From Sphyrna mokarran (Eukaryota), in assembly GCA_024679065.1 (NCBI GenBank), contig JAGIQG010000009.1, positions 107,694,001-107,758,000 of the forward strand: a stretch of DNA of 64,000 bases, written 5' to 3'. The notes under the pieces are model-generated. The model was not told where the DNA came from. It did no database searches and was given only the letters and a program-made list of their open reading frames with translations. This document shows, in pieces, positions 61,501 to 64,000 of the stretch. The position numbers and the translations under genes were made by a program. How positions within the stretch are numbered: the first letter of the stretch is position 1; each line of letters opens with the position of its first letter.

Positions 61501-64000
61501 ATCAGTACAGGCTCGATGGGCTGAATGGCCTCCTTCTGCACTGTAGGACCTGTCAATGGAATTGTTTTCGAGAGGATGTCTTGGTGTAGTCGGGTTGTAC
61601 CCCAGTAGTGCTGTGTTGTGATGGGTGTACGAGGCTGCTTCAGAGTTCGGTTCTCAATTATTGCAAAGGAAATGTTCGCTGGGCTGCCAGTTCTCCTCTC
61701 TGGCTCCCATTTCAGGAAAAGAAAATTCCAGGAGGAGAGAATCCAGACTTCCTTTTCGCAGAGGCCCCCCTTCACTAGCTTCCAAAACACTGGAGTACCC
61801 TTCACCTCTATCAACTGCAAGAAATGCAGTTTGTACAAGCTACCACAAATAGCAATGAGGCGGGTGGGCCAGACACTGACACAATGGTTAACACTGCTGC
61901 CTCACAGCGCTGGGTTCAATTCCTGGCTTGGGTCACTGTCTGTGTGGAGTCTGCACATTCTCTCTGTATCTGCGTGGGTTTCCTCCAGGTGCTCTGGTTT
62001 TCTCTCTCCGTCTGAAAGACGGGTTAGGTGCATTGGTCACGCTAAATTCTCTCTTGAATAGGCGCCGGAGTGTGGCGACTAGGGAATTTTCATAGTAACT
62101 TCATTGTAGTGTTAACGTAAGCCTACTTGTGACAACTAACAAATAAACTTTAATCTGTGTTGGTTGTAGGATAAACCTTGTTCATCAGCAGAGAGCTCCC
62201 CTGCTCTTCGAATTGTCTCGTAGAATCTTATACTTTTGTCGAGAGATTAGTGTCAGAAGGTTCTCTTCTGAGCATCAGCCCGGATTATGTGTCCAGGTTT
62301 CGGGGGAGGAATGTTTAGGCTCGGAATTAGTGTTCCTGTTCATTTAGGTCGATTAGACGATCAAAATCTGCTGAATGCATTAGTCCTGTTGCGATTGAGG
62401 CACAGTCTTTAGTGCTGAGGCCCATTAATATGGTTCCTGCTTTGCCCAAACCGCAAGGAAGTGCAAAGGGTACGAACATAGCCCCATCCATCACACAAAC
62501 CAGCCTCCCATCCATTGACTCTGTCTACACTTCCCACTGCCTCGGAAAAGCAGCCAACATAATTAAGGACCCCACGCACCCCGAACATTCTGTCTTCCAC
62601 TGGGAAAAGGATAAAAAAATCTGGGGTCACATACCAACCGACTCAAGAACAGCTTCTTCCCTGCTGCCATCAGACTTTTGAATGGCTCTACCTCGCACTA
62701 AGTTGATCTTTCTCTACGCCCTAACTATGACTGTAACTACATTCCACACTCTCTTGTTCCCTTCTCTATGAATGATATGCTATGAGTGTACAGCAAGCAA
62801 GAAACAATACTTTTCACTGTATATGTGACAATAATAAATCAAATCAAACTGAAAATGCTGGAACATTTCAGCAGGTCTGGCAGCGTCTATGGAAGGAGAA
62901 AAACAGAGGTAACTTTGCGAGTCCATTTGGCTCTCATTCAAGGACTTCACACACAAGCCTGCTGGTAAAGATGGTGCTGCAGCTACCTGGTGTTTCCACC
63001 TTACTGAGCACCAACTCTGACAGGTTTTCCTATGTGTCTCTGGACCACGACCCTACTACAACTCCGAAGAAGCTTCACAGACTTGGAACAATATTTCTCT
63101 CCCCACAGGTGCTGCCAGACCTGCTGTGTTTATCCAGCGTTTAATTCCCCATTCCCAGTATTTTGCTTTCACGTTAAAATCTAACCCTCTGACCGAGTCC
63201 TCGATCGCCTGATTTTGTGACTCAGTGCTTGATGACCCCAGGCAATTTGCTGGAAGGTTACGTGGTCACAATTAGACAGAGACTGCATACATTATTGTTA
63301 CATAAGCTAACGCTTTCCCCTCTCCTTGCTGGAGATTAGAACAGCCACTGCTTGCTGAGAAACTAATTTGTTTGCACCACGATCCATCTTAACCACATTA
63401 CTGCAAGGCAATGATCTGATTTCTTTGATGAAGTGATGTGGTATTACTGCAACTGCACTGCTGGCTTCTTTGTGTCGGCAACGGGCGTAGATCATAACGC
63501 TGCTAGCAACCTATAAAAGATTAATCTTTCTCGTTCCCAGTGGTTCATAAGATCAGAGAATCTTCACGGTGCAGAAGGAGGCCATTCAGCCCATCAAAAG
63601 ATGTACAACACAGGTGGGTTGGCCATGCTAAACTGTCCTTTAGTGTCAGGGGAACTAGCTAGGGTAAATGGGGATGGGGCCCGGGTGGGATTGTGCAGAC
63701 TCAATGGACTGATTCAACAAAAATTGCTCCTCAATGTCAGGGGGATTAGCAGAGTAAATTCATGAGATTGCAGGGATAGGCCTGGGTGGGGTTGTCGTCT
63801 CAATGGGCCGAATGGCTTCATTCTGCAATTTTGGGATTCTATAATTAAGTCTGCGCTGACTTTCTGACAGAGTATCTTACCGAGGACCTATCCCCAATAT
63901 TTTTACCCTGCGAATCCTGCCAAACCACACATTTTTGGACACCAAGGGGCAATTTAGCACGGCCAATCCACCTAACCCACACATCTTTGGACAGTGGGAG

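Noticed and set aside
63307-63510. Exon-like minus-strand segment with a cttttatAG acceptor
   Set aside because: The translation resembles no known protein and no convincing donor or frame link to DDAH2 was seen
38891-64000. DDAH2 coding exon 1
   Set aside because: No minus-strand ORF with the expected N-terminal motifs (RGxPxSL, DTAV, ITRP..RRxE) was found; it presumably lies beyond the window

Overview
Repeat-rich vertebrate genomic DNA from a shark. It is dominated by HE1-type V-SINEs, CR1/HER1 and Rex1/Babar LINE 3' ends, Deu-domain SINEs and Penelope-like elements. Two convergent spliced genes can be rebuilt by hand from splice sites and reading-frame phase. (1) A complete 7-exon, 253-aa NKp30/NCR3-like receptor on + (CDS 6846-17622). 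It has a single-exon VJ-type Ig domain, a CD28-like stalk Cys, no NKp30-type Arg in the transmembrane segment, and a long tail built partly from microexons that carries two YxxI/V motifs. (2) Coding exons 2-6 of DDAH2 on - (26208-38890), with the catalytic Cys replaced by Ser; its exon 1 was not found and probably lies beyond the window end. NCR3 beside DDAH2 points to the MHC class III region. Also seen: a U2-snRNA-headed retroposed insertion with a degenerate target-site duplication (TSD), and minimal hammerhead ribozyme motifs in Penelope inverted repeats. Nearly all ORFs in the supplied track are repeat-derived noise. Repeat family names and comparisons with human proteins are from recalled consensus, not database searches. 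Repeat boundaries are approximate.
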